DNA of 64,000 nucleotides from Candidatus Peregrinibacteria bacterium GW2011_GWF2_43_17 (GCA_000999315.1 LCFW01000003.1:20686-84685); one strand, 5' to 3'; counted from the stretch's first letter, positions 20,553 through 31,228 are shown. Notes: generated from the sequence alone by a model not told the origin. Made by a program: numbers and translations.

Positions 20553-21743
20553 ATGGCAGAAGGAGTATTTCAACGCACGAAACCGCACATTAACGTTGGA
20601 ACCATCGGGCACGTAGACCATGGAAAAACAACATTAACGGCGGCCATCACGGCAGTAGCCGAGAAGAAATATGGCGGTAACAACAAATACATACCGTTCG
20701 ACAAAATTGACAACGCTCCGGAAGAGAAAGCTCGCGGTATCACAATTGCGACTTCTCACCAGGAATACGAAACCCCAAACAGGCACTACGCTCACGTAGA
20801 CTGTCCGGGTCACGCTGACTATATTAAAAACATGATTACGGGTGCCGCCCAAATGGATGGCGCTATCCTCGTAGTCTCCGCCGCAGACGGCCCAATGCCG
20901 CAAACAAGAGAACACATCCTTCTTGCCAAACAAGTTAACGTCCCATATATCATTGTTTTCATGAACAAAATGGACGTTGCCGATCCGGAAATCGCAGAAC
21001 TTACGGAAATGGAAGTTCGTGAACTTTTAAACAAATACGAATTCCCGGGTGCCGTAACTCCGATTATTAAGGGATCCGCTTTGAAAGCTCTTGAAAATCC
21101 GACCGGACCGGACGCGGAACCGATTCTTGAACTTCTTAAGGCTCTTGACGAATACATCCCGTTACCGCAAAGACCTCTTGATAAGCCGTTCCTGATGCCG
21201 GTTGAAGATGTATTTTCAATCAAAGGAAGAGGTACTGTCGCAACAGGTCGTATCGAACAAGGTATAGTTAAAATAAATGACGAAATCGAGATTATTGGTA
21301 TAAAAGAAACAAGAAAAGTTGTCGTTACAGGTGTTGAAATGTTCAAGAAGTTACTTGATCAAGGTCAAGCCGGTGATAACGTCGGTCTTCTTTTGAGAGG
21401 TATTGAAAGAGAAGAAATCGAAAGAGGGCAAGTATTGGCCAAACCGGGCTCAATCACTCCTCACACGAAATTCGAATGCGCAATTTACGTTTTGAACAAA
21501 GAAGAAGGCGGACGCCACACTCCGTTCTTTAAAGGCTACAAACCTCAATTCTACATCAGAACAACGGATGTCACGGGTGAAATCGAATTACCGGCAGGAG
21601 TTGAAATGGTAATGCCTGGTGACGAAATCAAAATGGTCGTTAAACTTGGCTGCCCAATCGCCATGGATAACGAAACAAGATTTGCCATCCGCGAAGGTGG
21701 TAAAACGGTCGGCGCAGGTGTTGTAACAAAGATCCTCGAGTAA
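20553..21743 (+). CDS. tuf: elongation factor Tu
   Basis: [25 protein letters not shown]. Confidence 0.99.
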   Translation: MAEGVFQRTKPHINVGTIGHVDHGKTTLTAAITAVAEKKYGGNNKYIPFDKIDNAPEEKARGITIATSHQEYETPNRHYAHVDCPGHADYIKNMITGAAQMDGAILVVSAADGPMPQTREHILLAKQVNVPYIIVFMNKMDVADPEIAELTEMEVRELLNKYEFPGAVTPIIKGSALKALENPTGPDAEPILELLKALDEYIPLPQRPLDKPFLMPVEDVFSIKGRGTVATGRIEQGIVKINDEIEIIGIKETRKVVVTGVEMFKKLLDQGQAGDNVGLLLRGIEREEIERGQVLAKPGSITPHTKFECAIYVLNKEEGGRHTPFFKGYKPQFYIRTTDVTGEIELPAGVEMVMPGDEIKMVVKLGCPIAMDNETRFAIREGGKTVGAGVVTKILE

Positions 21744-21748
21744 TTTTT

Positions 21749-21895
21749 GACTTTAATGGCCCGGATAAGGCTGAAATTTTATCCGGGTTTTAAAGTCCGA
21801 AACATTGCTATTAATGCTTCGGCCCCGGCAGGGAAATTTTAAGAAAATCTTAAGGTCACCAAGTGACTTACCCGCCGGAACACCTCGTCCCGGGT
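21749..21895 (+). promoter_or_regulatory. structured tuf-rpsJ intergenic RNA (terminator and/or S10 leader)
   Basis: three consecutive stem-loops, the third multibranched and closed by CCGGC/GCCGG. Confidence 0.5.
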
Positions 21896-21919
21896 TTTTA
21901 AATCTCTAATCTAATCACA

Positions 21920-22252
21920 ATGTCCAAGCAAAAAATCAGAATCAAGCTCCGCTCATTCGATCACAAAGTCATCGACGAAGCGGCAAAACTAATCATCGAC
22001 ACAGCAGTAAGAACAGGCGCCATCATTGCCGGCCCAATCCCTCTGCCGATGGAAATTCACAAAATCACGGTCAACAAGTCGACATTTGTTCACAAAAATG
22101 CGCGCGACCAATACGAAATCCGCACACACAAGAGACTTATTGATATCCGCGAAAGCACATCAAAAACAATCGAATCTCTTTCTAATCTTGCTTTACCGGC
22201 CGGCGTTGATATTGAAATTAAAATGATAACAACGGAAAAAACAGAGAAATGA
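21920..22252 (+). CDS. rpsJ: 30S ribosomal protein S10
   Basis: IRIKLRSFDH, GPIPLP, RTHKRLIDI. Confidence 0.98.
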   Translation: MSKQKIRIKLRSFDHKVIDEAAKLIIDTAVRTGAIIAGPIPLPMEIHKITVNKSTFVHKNARDQYEIRTHKRLIDIRESTSKTIESLSNLALPAGVDIEIKMITTEKTEK

Positions 22253-22269
22253 AATTTCGCAATTCCGTC

Positions 22270-22298
22270 TTGACTTCCTTCCCGCAACTCTATAAATT
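22270..22298 (+). promoter_or_regulatory. internal promoter upstream of rplC
   Basis: TTGACT-17nt-TAAATT. Confidence 0.6.
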
Positions 22299-22438
22299 AC
22301 CCCGCGCACATTTAAATTTTGCAAGTTAGCACAAGGCAGAGGCTCTCCATCTGGAGAATCCAAGTCCAAAAGCCTTCTAGCAAACATGTACTATAGACCA
22401 CGTGTCTATAAGCTACTACCCTACTAACCCATACAAAT

Positions 22439-23020
22439 ATGCCTGGAATCCTAGGCAAAAAAATCGGAATGACTCGTCTGCTTCAAGACGACGGTCGCGT
22501 GATCCCCTTCACAGTTATACAATGCGAACCAAACGAAGTGGTTCAAGTTAAAACAGCTGAAAAAGACGGATATCCGGCGGTAGTCCTGGGTTTTGACAAG
22601 TTGAAGAAACCATCGAAAAATAAGAAATTTAGACACATAAAAGAGTTCACGGCAATTGAAGGCGACACATTGAAAAAAGGAGATAACGTAAAAGTGGATA
22701 TCTTTAAGCTCGAAGAAACGGTTAATATATCTTCGACCTCGAAAGGTAAAGGTTATCAAGGTGTAATGAAAAGATATCATTTCGCCGGCGGACCGGCTTC
22801 CCACGGATCGCATATGAAAAGAGAACCGGGCTCGATAGGAGCAAGATCTAAACCAGGAAGAATCCACAAAGGTAAAAAAATGGCGGGTCACATGGGCTTG
22901 GAGACGGTTTCGATCAGAAATAAAGTTGTATATATAGACGCTGACAAGAATTTAATAGGTATAAAAGGTCCAATCCCGGGAGGAAAAGGCAATACGGTAA
23001 CAATAAGAAAAATCTCGTAA
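22439..23020 (+). CDS. rplC: 50S ribosomal protein L3
   Basis: GKKIGMT, KGKGYQG, GKKMAGHMG. Confidence 0.98.
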   Translation: MPGILGKKIGMTRLLQDDGRVIPFTVIQCEPNEVVQVKTAEKDGYPAVVLGFDKLKKPSKNKKFRHIKEFTAIEGDTLKKGDNVKVDIFKLEETVNISSTSKGKGYQGVMKRYHFAGGPASHGSHMKREPGSIGARSKPGRIHKGKKMAGHMGLETVSIRNKVVYIDADKNLIGIKGPIPGGKGNTVTIRKIS

Positions 23021-23027
23021 ATAAGTT

Positions 23028-23660
23028 ATGAAAATCAAACTTTACAATCAGCTGGGCGAGGAAAAAGGAGAAATAACCCTGAATAAAGAAATTTTCGAGT
23101 ATAAGATCAATCCCGATCTTATTCATCAAGCGGTGGTAATGATTCAAGCGAACAGGAGAAATGCGATCGCTCACACCAAGAAACAAGGCGAAATAAGCAC
23201 TACGACTGCGAAACCGTTCAAGCAAAAGGGTACGGGTCGAGCCAGACAAGGTGGAACGAGGAAGGCTCACCACAGGGGGGGCGCCGTGGCTTTCGGTCCG
23301 AGAAACACACGAAACTTCTCAAAAAACATGTCGAAAGGTCAAAAAAGAATGGCCCTCTTCTCCGCTCTGTCATCCAAGGCGAAAGAAGGCAATGTTTTGG
23401 CTTTGGATAAATATGAAAACGAACCGAAGACGAAACTTTTCGCGGAAATGATCAAAAAGCTCCCGATCAAGAGAGATGTTTTGGTCGTAACAAACGGAAA
23501 GGATACGCTGATATTCAGAGCCGCAAGAAACATGAAAAACGTAGAGACCCTGGAAGCCAGAAACTTGAATGTTGAAAAAATATGCTTGCACCGAGATGTC
23601 CTATTCCTGGAAGATGCACTTAAATCTCTTGAGAAAACTTTCCTAAAAGCCAAAGCCTAA
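23028..23660 (+). CDS. rplD: 50S ribosomal protein L4
   Basis: KPFKQKGTGRARQG, GGAVAFGP. Confidence 0.98.
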   Translation: MKIKLYNQLGEEKGEITLNKEIFEYKINPDLIHQAVVMIQANRRNAIAHTKKQGEISTTTAKPFKQKGTGRARQGGTRKAHHRGGAVAFGPRNTRNFSKNMSKGQKRMALFSALSSKAKEGNVLALDKYENEPKTKLFAEMIKKLPIKRDVLVVTNGKDTLIFRAARNMKNVETLEARNLNVEKICLHRDVLFLEDALKSLEKTFLKAKA

Positions 23661-23662
23661 AC

Positions 23663-23962
23663 ATGGATATTACGCAAATCATCAAAAAACCGGTTATAAC
23701 TGAGAAAGGCGCTCGCGGCGAACCGATGAATAAATTTACATTCGTTGTGGATAAAGGTGCCACTAAGATAGATATAAAAAGAGCGATCAAGGAGATTTAC
23801 GGAATGAAAGTTTTAAAAGTAAACTCAACAAAAGTATTGGAAAAAGGAAGAATTGTCGGAGGCAGGAAATATATGAAAAAAAGGTCGGAAGGCAAAAAAG
23901 TGACGATAACTATCGAGAAAGGTAAAAAATTTGATTTCACAAAAGTAAAAGAAGCTAAATAA
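23663..23962 (+). CDS. rplW: 50S ribosomal protein L23
   Basis: IIKKPVITEK, FVVDKGATKIDIK; operon position. Confidence 0.96.
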   Translation: MDITQIIKKPVITEKGARGEPMNKFTFVVDKGATKIDIKRAIKEIYGMKVLKVNSTKVLEKGRIVGGRKYMKKRSEGKKVTITIEKGKKFDFTKVKEAK

Positions 23963-23963
23963 T

Positions 23964-24815
23964 ATGGCTGTACAAAGAGTAAAACCAGTAAGAAATGCAC
24001 GAAGACAGTTCAGTCGATATACATTCGAAGAACTGACGAAAGGCAAGAAGCCGGAAAAGGCGCTTCTCGTTGGAAAAATTTCCAAAGCGGGAAGAAACAT
24101 GAACGGAAGAATAACCGTAAGACATCAGGGAGGCGGACATAAAAAAAGACTTCGAGAAATAGATTTCAATCAAGTTGAAAAACTTAACATTGAAGGAACG
24201 GTAACCAGTATAGAGTATGATCCGAACAGAACATGCTATTTGATGCTCGTAACTTACAAAGACGGCAACAAGCGATATCACATCGCGCCAGAAGGCATGA
24301 AGGCGGGTACGAAGATAATTTGCGCCAAAAAAGCCAAGGTGAAAATCGGCAACAGGATGCAGCTTAACAGCATCCCTATCGGATTCACGATCCACAACGT
24401 AGAAATATTTAAAGGCAAGGGCGGACAAATCGTAAGAAGCGCAGGCTCGGGAGCAAAATTAATCTCTTTGGACGGTCCATATGCTCAAATAGAACTCCCG
24501 TCAAAAGAGGTCAGGCTTGCTCCAAAAGAGTGCTATGCGTCAATCGGGCAAGTCAGTAATATCGAACACAGCAACCTTAAAGTTGGCAAGGCCGGAAGAA
24601 GCAGGTGGATGGGAATCAGGCCGACGGTAAGAGGCAAGGTAATGAACCCGGTAGACCATCCGCACGGAGGTGGTGAAGGCAAAAACCCGATCGGCTTGAA
24701 ACATCCGAAAACACCTTGGGGCCTCCCCGCTCTCGGAGTAAAAACAAGAAGACGAAGCACTACCAACAAATGGAGAATCAAGGATCGTAAAGGAAAAGAT
24801 ATAATCATAAAATAA
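23964..24815 (+). CDS. rplB: 50S ribosomal protein L2
   Basis: [26 protein letters not shown]. Confidence 0.99.
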   Translation: MAVQRVKPVRNARRQFSRYTFEELTKGKKPEKALLVGKISKAGRNMNGRITVRHQGGGHKKRLREIDFNQVEKLNIEGTVTSIEYDPNRTCYLMLVTYKDGNKRYHIAPEGMKAGTKIICAKKAKVKIGNRMQLNSIPIGFTIHNVEIFKGKGGQIVRSAGSGAKLISLDGPYAQIELPSKEVRLAPKECYASIGQVSNIEHSNLKVGKAGRSRWMGIRPTVRGKVMNPVDHPHGGGEGKNPIGLKHPKTPWGLPALGVKTRRRSTTNKWRIKDRKGKDIIIK

Positions 24816-24819
24816 CACC

Positions 24820-25173
24820 ATGTCACGCAGCTCGAAAAAAGGACCTTACATCGACCCGAAACTGACAAAAAAAGTTCAGAGAATGAACGAATCCGGTCAG
24901 AAAAAAATCATAAAGACATGGTCAAGAAATTGCACAATATCTCCAGATTTCGTAGGACATACGTTCGCGGTACATAACGGGAAAGAACATATACCCGTAT
25001 ATGTCGCTGAAAATATGGTAGGACACAAGTTGGGAGAATTCTCATTCACAAGAAAATTCAAAGGACATGGGGGCAAAATTGCCGCAACAACAAGCGCAAG
25101 CGGAGCCGCCCCGTCAACATCACCAACGGCGGGAACCAAACCGGCAACAACATCGGCACCAGCAAAAAAATAA
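24820..25173 (+). CDS. rpsS: 30S ribosomal protein S19
   Basis: [19 protein letters not shown]; Ala/Thr/Pro-rich tail. Confidence 0.98.
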   Translation: MSRSSKKGPYIDPKLTKKVQRMNESGQKKIIKTWSRNCTISPDFVGHTFAVHNGKEHIPVYVAENMVGHKLGEFSFTRKFKGHGGKIAATTSASGAAPSTSPTAGTKPATTSAPAKK

Positions 25174-25186
25174 TTTTTAAAATAGA

Positions 25187-25555
25187 ATGAAAGCAATCCT
25201 CAGACAAGCCAGAATATCACCGACAAAGGTCAAAATCGTAGCGGACATGATACGAGGAAAAGACGTTAAACAAGCTTTGAGTATATTGAAATTCACACCA
25301 AAGAAAGCCGCGAAAATACTGACAAAGGTTGTTAAATCGGCCGCTTCAAACGCAGAAAACAACTTCAAGCAAGATTTGAGTCAGCTTTACATAAAAGAGC
25401 TCATCGTGAACGACGGCACCATGTACAAGAGAAGTAAGCCGAGATCAAGAGGCATGTCTAATCCGATTTTAAGAAGGAATACTCATGTAACCGTAAAACT
25501 GGACGTAAAAACGCCAAAAGCCGAATCGACAAAAGAATTAAAACCTAAAAAATAA
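25187..25555 (+). CDS. rplV: 50S ribosomal protein L22
   Basis: RISPTKV, SAASNAENN. Confidence 0.97.
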   Translation: MKAILRQARISPTKVKIVADMIRGKDVKQALSILKFTPKKAAKILTKVVKSAASNAENNFKQDLSQLYIKELIVNDGTMYKRSKPRSRGMSNPILRRNTHVTVKLDVKTPKAESTKELKPKK

Positions 25556-26319
25556 TGGGACACAAAGTACATCCGAAAATTCAACGCATAGGTATAATCA
25601 GAAGCTGGGACAGCAGCTGGTACTCAAACAAGAAGAAGTTCAAGGATTTGCTTTACCAGGATGTAAAAATAAGAGAATTCATATTTAAAAAACTGGCTGA
25701 TTGCGGAATTTCGAAAATTCAAATACTCAGAAACGCAAATGAAACCATAATAAACATTTACAGCGCAAAACCGGGCGTAATCATCGGAAAACAGGGCGAG
25801 GATATCGAAAAGTTCAGAGAATCATTGGGTAGAGAGTTTGGCTCAAGATTCCAAATTAACATTTTGGAAGTACAAAAACCGGACTTGGACGCAAAAATAG
25901 TAGGAGATTCGATAGCAAGACAGGTTGAAAAAAGGATTTCATACAGAAGGGCCGCAAAACTCGCGCTTCAAAAAGCCATGGAGGCCGGCGCCAAAGGTAT
26001 AAAAGTATCGGTAGGCGGTAGGTTGAACGGCGTCGAAATTTCAAGAAAAGAGTCTTTCTCGGACGGGAAAATCCCGCTGCAAACTTTCAGAGCGGACATC
26101 GACTATTGTCAGTCAACCGCATTTACCACATACGGAGCAATCGGTATAAAGGTATGGATCTATAAAGGAGATGTTTTCAAGAAAGATTTAAGCACGACGG
26201 TAAACCCATATTCGAAATCATTGACTGAAAGCGAAACTCCAAAAAGAGATGAGCAACCGGCGCGACCTCCCGTTAGAAGAGCCGCCAAACCGGCAAGAAC
26301 AACTAAAAAATCATCATAA
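25555..26319 (+). CDS. rpsC: 30S ribosomal protein S3
   Basis: [27 protein letters not shown]. Confidence 0.98.
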   Translation: MGHKVHPKIQRIGIIRSWDSSWYSNKKKFKDLLYQDVKIREFIFKKLADCGISKIQILRNANETIINIYSAKPGVIIGKQGEDIEKFRESLGREFGSRFQINILEVQKPDLDAKIVGDSIARQVEKRISYRRAAKLALQKAMEAGAKGIKVSVGGRLNGVEISRKESFSDGKIPLQTFRADIDYCQSTAFTTYGAIGIKVWIYKGDVFKKDLSTTVNPYSKSLTESETPKRDEQPARPPVRRAAKPARTTKKSS

Positions 26320-26741
26320 TGTTATTACCAAAGAGACAAAAATTCAGAAAATCGCAACGATTAAGAGGATCTTTTAAAGGGGTCGCAAACAGTTGCAACA
26401 GACTTTCTTTCGGATCTTTCGGTCTGAAGGCGACTGAAATCTGCGAAGTATCTTCAAGACAACTTGAGGCGGCCAGAAGAGCCATGACAAGATATATGAA
26501 AAGAGGTGGGAAAGTTTGGATCAGAATTTTCCCGCACAGAGCAATAACGCAAAAAGCGGCTGAGGTACCGATGGGTAGTGGTAAAGGTACGGTTGAAAAA
26601 TATGTGGCAATGGTGAAACCCGGAACAGTAATATTCGAGATGGAAGGTATAGACGAAAAAACCGCAAAAGAAGCTCTCAGATTGGCCGGATCCAAACTGC
26701 CGGTAATGACAAGATTTATATCATCACGCGAAATTAAATAA
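26319..26741 (+). CDS. rplP: 50S ribosomal protein L16
   Basis: [25 protein letters not shown]. Confidence 0.98.
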   Translation: MLLPKRQKFRKSQRLRGSFKGVANSCNRLSFGSFGLKATEICEVSSRQLEAARRAMTRYMKRGGKVWIRIFPHRAITQKAAEVPMGSGKGTVEKYVAMVKPGTVIFEMEGIDEKTAKEALRLAGSKLPVMTRFISSREIK

Positions 26742-26744
26742 ATT

Positions 26745-26945
26745 ATGCTTACAATCCAAGAACTTAAAAAACTGGAAGGGAAAGAATTGCAAAAAGAATG
26801 GGAAAGAGCCACGTCTCAACTGCTCAAAGCCGAATTGAATTTAAGAACAAACCAAGATAAAAAATCCCACGTCGCAAGAGATTTGAGAAGATACCGAGCA
26901 CAAATTAAAACCGTTCAAAACAACCTACAACAACCCACCATTTAA
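26745..26945 (+). CDS. rpmC: 50S ribosomal protein L29
   Basis: size, position between rplP and rpsQ, RRYRAQIKT. Confidence 0.9.
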   Translation: MLTIQELKKLEGKELQKEWERATSQLLKAELNLRTNQDKKSHVARDLRRYRAQIKTVQNNLQQPTI

Positions 26946-26956
26946 TCAATAGTCTT

Positions 26957-27193
26957 ATGCGTTCAAAAACAGGTATAGTTACGAGCAATAAAATGAAGGA
27001 TACTATTGTAGTAAAGGTGGACTCTTATAAAGAACACTCCAAGTACAAGAAGAAATTCAAGGTTTCCAAAAAGTTTTACGCCCACAATCCGGGCAACACA
27101 TGCAAGATGGATGAAAAAGTAACAATTTACGAAACTCGACCGATCAGCAAGTTAAAGAGATGGACCACTGTAGAGCCAATCGCTAAAGCCTAA
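26957..27193 (+). CDS. rpsQ: 30S ribosomal protein S17
   Basis: GIVTSNKMKDTIVV, ETRPISKLKRW. Confidence 0.97.
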   Translation: MRSKTGIVTSNKMKDTIVVKVDSYKEHSKYKKKFKVSKKFYAHNPGNTCKMDEKVTIYETRPISKLKRWTTVEPIAKA

Positions 27194-27214
27194 AGCCCTA
27201 ACTCCCTATCCCCC

Positions 27215-27583
27215 ATGATTCAGCAACAAACCCTCCTACAAATAGCGGACAACACCGGCGCAAAAGAAGCTATGTGCATTAAAGTATTGGGCAGTTCCAA
27301 AAGACGATATGCCTATGTCGGAGATGTAATCGTAGTTGCAATCAAGAAGGCAAGCCCGCACGGATTAGTTAAGAAAAAAACTGTTGAAAGAGCCGTTATC
27401 ATCCGAACAAAAAAAGAGCTTAAAAGAAAAGATGGCACAATAATCAGATTCGATGACAATGCCGCGGTTATCGTAAGTAAAGAAAATGAACCTAAGGGAA
27501 CACGTGTATTCGGCCCGGTTGCGAGAGAACTGCGCGAAAGAGGATTCCAAAAAATAATATCTTTAGCTCCAGACGTACTTTAA
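27215..27583 (+). CDS. rplN: 50S ribosomal protein L14
   Basis: [27 protein letters not shown]. Confidence 0.99.
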   Translation: MIQQQTLLQIADNTGAKEAMCIKVLGSSKRRYAYVGDVIVVAIKKASPHGLVKKKTVERAVIIRTKKELKRKDGTIIRFDDNAAVIVSKENEPKGTRVFGPVARELRERGFQKIISLAPDVL

Positions 27584-27594
27584 ACCTCAAAATA

Positions 27595-27936
27595 ATGAAA
27601 ATAAAAACAGGCGACAATGTGGTTGTAATCGCGGGGAAAGATAAAGGTAAAACCGGAAAAGTCATGCGCGTCATGGCCAAGAAAAACGCAATAGTCGTGG
27701 AAAAAGTGAATATAAAAACTCGCCACATTCGCAAAACAACAACAAGGAAAGGCGAGAAAATTCGCTTCGAAGCCCCGATCAACGCTTCAAACGTAAAAGT
27801 TGTTTGTCCGCACTGTAAGAAAGCGGTAAGAATAGGATATAAAATCGGGAAAGATAATATCAAACGAAGACTGTGCAAAAAATGCACCGAAACCGTCGAT
27901 CAACCGATAATCGCGAAATCCAAGAAGAAAAAATAA
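27595..27936 (+). CDS. rplX: 50S ribosomal protein L24
   Basis: KOW motif GDNVVVIAGKDKGK, EAPINASNV. Confidence 0.97.
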   Translation: MKIKTGDNVVVIAGKDKGKTGKVMRVMAKKNAIVVEKVNIKTRHIRKTTTRKGEKIRFEAPINASNVKVVCPHCKKAVRIGYKIGKDNIKRRLCKKCTETVDQPIIAKSKKKK

Positions 27937-27951
27937 TCACTTTATAAAAAC

Positions 27952-28515
27952 ATGTCTAAGAAACAAGAAGTACAAACCCTGTCGCCAAAAGAAATCGCAA
28001 AAAAGCTTAAACAAGAGCTTGGGGTTAAAAATGATCTCGCCGTCCCGAGAGTTGAGAAAATCAAAGTACACGCGGGAATAGGAACATATACAATCAAGGC
28101 GAATAACAAAGATTTCACCCCTGTTGTAAACAACATAATGGCAATAACCGGTCAAAAACCCATTACTTCAAAAGCCAGAAAAGCTATTTCAAACTTCAAA
28201 CTGAGAGCGGGCATGCCGGTGGGAGTATCGGTCACCCTGAGAAGAAAAAGAATGTACGATTTCTTGAATAAGTTCATCAATATCGTAATGCCGAGAATCA
28301 GAGATTTTAGAGGCGTAAGCGTAAAAGGATTTGACGGTAAGGGTAATTACAATATCGGACTTAAGGACTGCAATGTATTCCCGGAAATCAACATCGAAAA
28401 TGTTGATAAGCCGCACGGAATCGGAATAAGCATCATCACATCTGCAAAAAACAATCGAGAAGGATACGTGCTTTTAAAAGCAATGGGCTTCCCGTTTAAA
28501 GATGAAATTAAATAA
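27952..28515 (+). CDS. rplE: 50S ribosomal protein L5
   Basis: ITGQKP, ISNFKLRAGM, PRIRDFRG. Confidence 0.98.
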   Translation: MSKKQEVQTLSPKEIAKKLKQELGVKNDLAVPRVEKIKVHAGIGTYTIKANNKDFTPVVNNIMAITGQKPITSKARKAISNFKLRAGMPVGVSVTLRRKRMYDFLNKFINIVMPRIRDFRGVSVKGFDGKGNYNIGLKDCNVFPEINIENVDKPHGIGISIITSAKNNREGYVLLKAMGFPFKDEIK

Positions 28516-28530
28516 TTCCTTACTAAACAC

Positions 28531-28755
28531 ATGGCAAAAAAATCATTAAAAATTAAATGCGCAAGGAGAAAAGCGGCTTACTTGAAAGCCATAAGCCAGG
28601 GTAAAAAGCCCGTAATGCCAACAAAAGTTTACAACAGATGCAGATTGTGCGGCAGGTCAAGAGGATACATCAGGAAATTCGATATATGCAGAATTTGTTT
28701 AAGAGAACTGGCCAATAAAGGAGAAATCATGGGTCTCCGCAAATCCTCATGGTAA
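28531..28755 (+). CDS. rpsN: 30S ribosomal protein S14 (Zn-binding type)
   Basis: NRCRLCGR...ICRICLRE...KSSW. Confidence 0.96.
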   Translation: MAKKSLKIKCARRKAAYLKAISQGKKPVMPTKVYNRCRLCGRSRGYIRKFDICRICLRELANKGEIMGLRKSSW

Positions 28756-28760
28756 AAGTT

Positions 28761-28788
28761 TCTACTATCTACTATCTACTATCTACCC
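28761..28788 (+). repeat. 7-nt tandem repeat
   Basis: TCTACTA x3 + TCTACCC, ending 5 nt before the rpsH ATG. Confidence 0.9.
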
Positions 28789-28793
28789 AAACA

Positions 28794-29177
28794 ATGAACA
28801 CAGATCCAATATCAGACTTGCTAACAAGATTACGAAACGCTTCGGCCGTATCAAAAAACGTAATAGTGGTCCCCTGCTCCAAAATTAAAAACGAAATATT
28901 GAAAGTTTTGAAAGCCAAGGGTTACGTTGAAGATTTCGAAACAATAAAAAACGGTAAATTCGAAGAGATCAAAATCACGCTCAAAGAAGACTCTCAGGCA
29001 TTGAACATCAAGAGAGTTTCGAAACCCGGTCAAAGAATTTATGTAAAAAGCGGCAACATTCCAAAAGTATTGGGCGGCTTGGGAACGGCAATAATCTCAA
29101 CTCAAAAAGGGATGCTGACGGATACGGAAGCAAGAAAGAACAAGATGGGTGGCGAAATCATATGTGAAATCTACTAA
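28794..29177 (+). CDS. rpsH: 30S ribosomal protein S8
   Basis: MNTDPISDLLTRLRN, SKPGQRIY; start moved to ATG 28794. Confidence 0.98.
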   Translation: MNTDPISDLLTRLRNASAVSKNVIVVPCSKIKNEILKVLKAKGYVEDFETIKNGKFEEIKITLKEDSQALNIKRVSKPGQRIYVKSGNIPKVLGGLGTAIISTQKGMLTDTEARKNKMGGEIICEIY

Positions 29178-29186
29178 CTCTACTAT

Positions 29187-29747
29187 ATGTCACGAATAGG
29201 AAGACAACCTGTAATAATACCGAGCGGCGTAACCGTTACAAAAGACGCAGGCGGTATAATAACGGTAAAGGGCCCGAAGGGTGAATTGAAAATGCCGCAA
29301 CATGAACTTGTGGAAATTGAAATTGTAGAAAATCAAATCAAAATATCGAGAAAAGAAAAAGAAAATCCCAGAGGAAAAAGCATCCACGGATTAACACGAG
29401 CTTTATTGAAAAACATGGTGGAAGGAGTGGTGAAAGAGTATCAAAAAAGATTGGAGATCATCGGTGTAGGTTATAAAGCCCAGCTTCAAGGAAGAAAATT
29501 AATTCTGAGCCTCGGATATTCACACCCCGTTGAATACATCCCGGCGGAAGGCATCAAAATTTCATTGGACGAAGAAAAGAAAAACGTGTTAATTATCTCA
29601 GGGATAAACAAAGAAGTGGTTGGACAAACCGCCGCAGTAATAAGAGCAATGAAAAAACCGGAACCATACAAGGGCAAAGGTATAAGATACGAAAACGAAC
29701 ACGTAAGAAGAAAAGCCGGCAAAGCGGTTGCCAAGGCGGCGGCGTAA
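29187..29747 (+). CDS. rplF: 50S ribosomal protein L6
   Basis: MSRIGRQP, PEPYKGKGIRY. Confidence 0.98.
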   Translation: MSRIGRQPVIIPSGVTVTKDAGGIITVKGPKGELKMPQHELVEIEIVENQIKISRKEKENPRGKSIHGLTRALLKNMVEGVVKEYQKRLEIIGVGYKAQLQGRKLILSLGYSHPVEYIPAEGIKISLDEEKKNVLIISGINKEVVGQTAAVIRAMKKPEPYKGKGIRYENEHVRRKAGKAVAKAAA

Positions 29748-29767
29748 AACATAACAACTTAAAGACA

Positions 29768-30112
29768 ATGAAAAGCCAAAAAGTTACAACAAGACAAAGA
29801 AGACATCTAAGAGTCCGTGCAAAAGTTAAAGGCACGGAAACTAAACCGAGATTATCCGTTTTCAGAAGTCTCAACAACAATTATGCGCAACTCGTTGACG
29901 ATTCGAAGGGAAAAGTCATCTGTGCGGCATCGGATTTGAAAATCAAGAAAGGAACAAAAATGGAAAGAGCCAAAGAAGTTGGAATCACTTTAGGAAAACT
30001 CGCTATGGAAAAAGGAATCGCGGAATGCGTTTTTGACAGAGGCGGATTCAAATATCACGGAAGAATACAGAAAATAGCCGAAGGCGCCCGTGAGAGTGGA
30101 CTAAAATTTTAA
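29768..30112 (+). CDS. rplR: 50S ribosomal protein L18
   Basis: PRLSVFRS, VFDRGGFKYHGR. Confidence 0.98.
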   Translation: MKSQKVTTRQRRHLRVRAKVKGTETKPRLSVFRSLNNNYAQLVDDSKGKVICAASDLKIKKGTKMERAKEVGITLGKLAMEKGIAECVFDRGGFKYHGRIQKIAEGARESGLKF

Positions 30113-30125
30113 AACTTAATTAACA

Positions 30126-30677
30126 ATGTCAAAGAAACCATTCAATAAAGGGAGAGGGCCTCAAGAACCAAAAGAGTTTGAAGAAGAAGTGATAGAAATA
30201 GACAGGGTTACTCGCGTAGTTAAAGGCGGACGCAGAATGCGATTTCGAGCAACAGTGGTAATAGGCAATAAAAAAGGAAAAGTCGGCATGGGCATCGGCA
30301 AAGCTACCGAAGTTCAAGCCGCAATCAAGAAAGCGGTCTCGAAAGCGAAGAAAAACATGAAAAAGATCAATCTTTTCAGAGATTCGATCCCTCACAAAGT
30401 ACAAGCGAAATTCAAGAGCGCGAAAATCCTCCTGATACCCGCAGGCAAAGGCACAGGTATCATCGCCGGAGGAGCAACGAGAAAAGTTGCGGAGTTGGTA
30501 GGCATCAAAAACATCCTCAGCAAATCTTTCGGATCGAGCAATAAAATCAACTGCGTAAAAGCCACATTCAAAGCTTTGTTAAATTTAAGAGAGAAACAAG
30601 ATGTCTCCACAGCACCCAAACAACCGATACCACCGGCACCGACTACAAAAAAAACGCCACAAGAAGATAAAAAATAA
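30126..30677 (+). CDS. rpsE: 30S ribosomal protein S5
   Basis: RVTRVVKGGRR, GTGIIAGG. Confidence 0.98.
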   Translation: MSKKPFNKGRGPQEPKEFEEEVIEIDRVTRVVKGGRRMRFRATVVIGNKKGKVGMGIGKATEVQAAIKKAVSKAKKNMKKINLFRDSIPHKVQAKFKSAKILLIPAGKGTGIIAGGATRKVAELVGIKNILSKSFGSSNKINCVKATFKALLNLREKQDVSTAPKQPIPPAPTTKKTPQEDKK

Positions 30678-30700
30678 ATTTTTTCACAACAACACACACC

Positions 30701-31228
30701 ATGAGACTTCATCAACTTAAAGGTCCGGCAAAAAACAAAGTTAAAAGACGAAAAGGACGCGGAAACGGTTCGGGTCGCGGCACATTTTCGGGCAGAGGTT
30801 GCAAAGGTCAAAAAGCCAGATCGGGCGGAGGAGTAAGACCGGGTTTTGAAGGAGGCCAAACCCCTTTTATGAGAAAAATGCCTAAACTGAAAGGGTTTAA
30901 GTCGCCAAACAAAGTCAGATATCAAGTATTAAACGTACGTCAATTAAACATATTGAAAGACGGCACAAAGGTAACAAAAGCGGAACTTTTAAAACACGGA
31001 CTTATTGCGAGCGCCGATAAACCGGTAAAGATTTTGAGCCAGGGAGAACTGACAAAAAAACTGACATTGATCGTTGAAAACGTGTCGGCCGAAGCTTTAA
31101 AAAAGATTAAAAACGCCGGCGGCAAAGTAAAATCCCTCGGCAATCCGAGAAAAACGAGAAAGAAAAAAATCTTGAAAAGAACAGCGAAAAAGAAAGCCGC
31201 GAAAACCGCCAAAAAAGCAAAAAAATAA
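30701..31228 (+). CDS. rplO: 50S ribosomal protein L15
   Basis: GRGNGSGRG, GFEGGQTP; Lys-rich tail. Confidence 0.97.
   Translation: MRLHQLKGPAKNKVKRRKGRGNGSGRGTFSGRGCKGQKARSGGGVRPGFEGGQTPFMRKMPKLKGFKSPNKVRYQVLNVRQLNILKDGTKVTKAELLKHGLIASADKPVKILSQGELTKKLTLIVENVSAEALKKIKNAGGKVKSLGNPRKTRKKKILKRTAKKKAAKTAKKAKK

Noticed and set aside
21749..21895. tRNA next to tuf
   Set aside because: No T-loop GTTC motif or cloverleaf with correct arm spacing.
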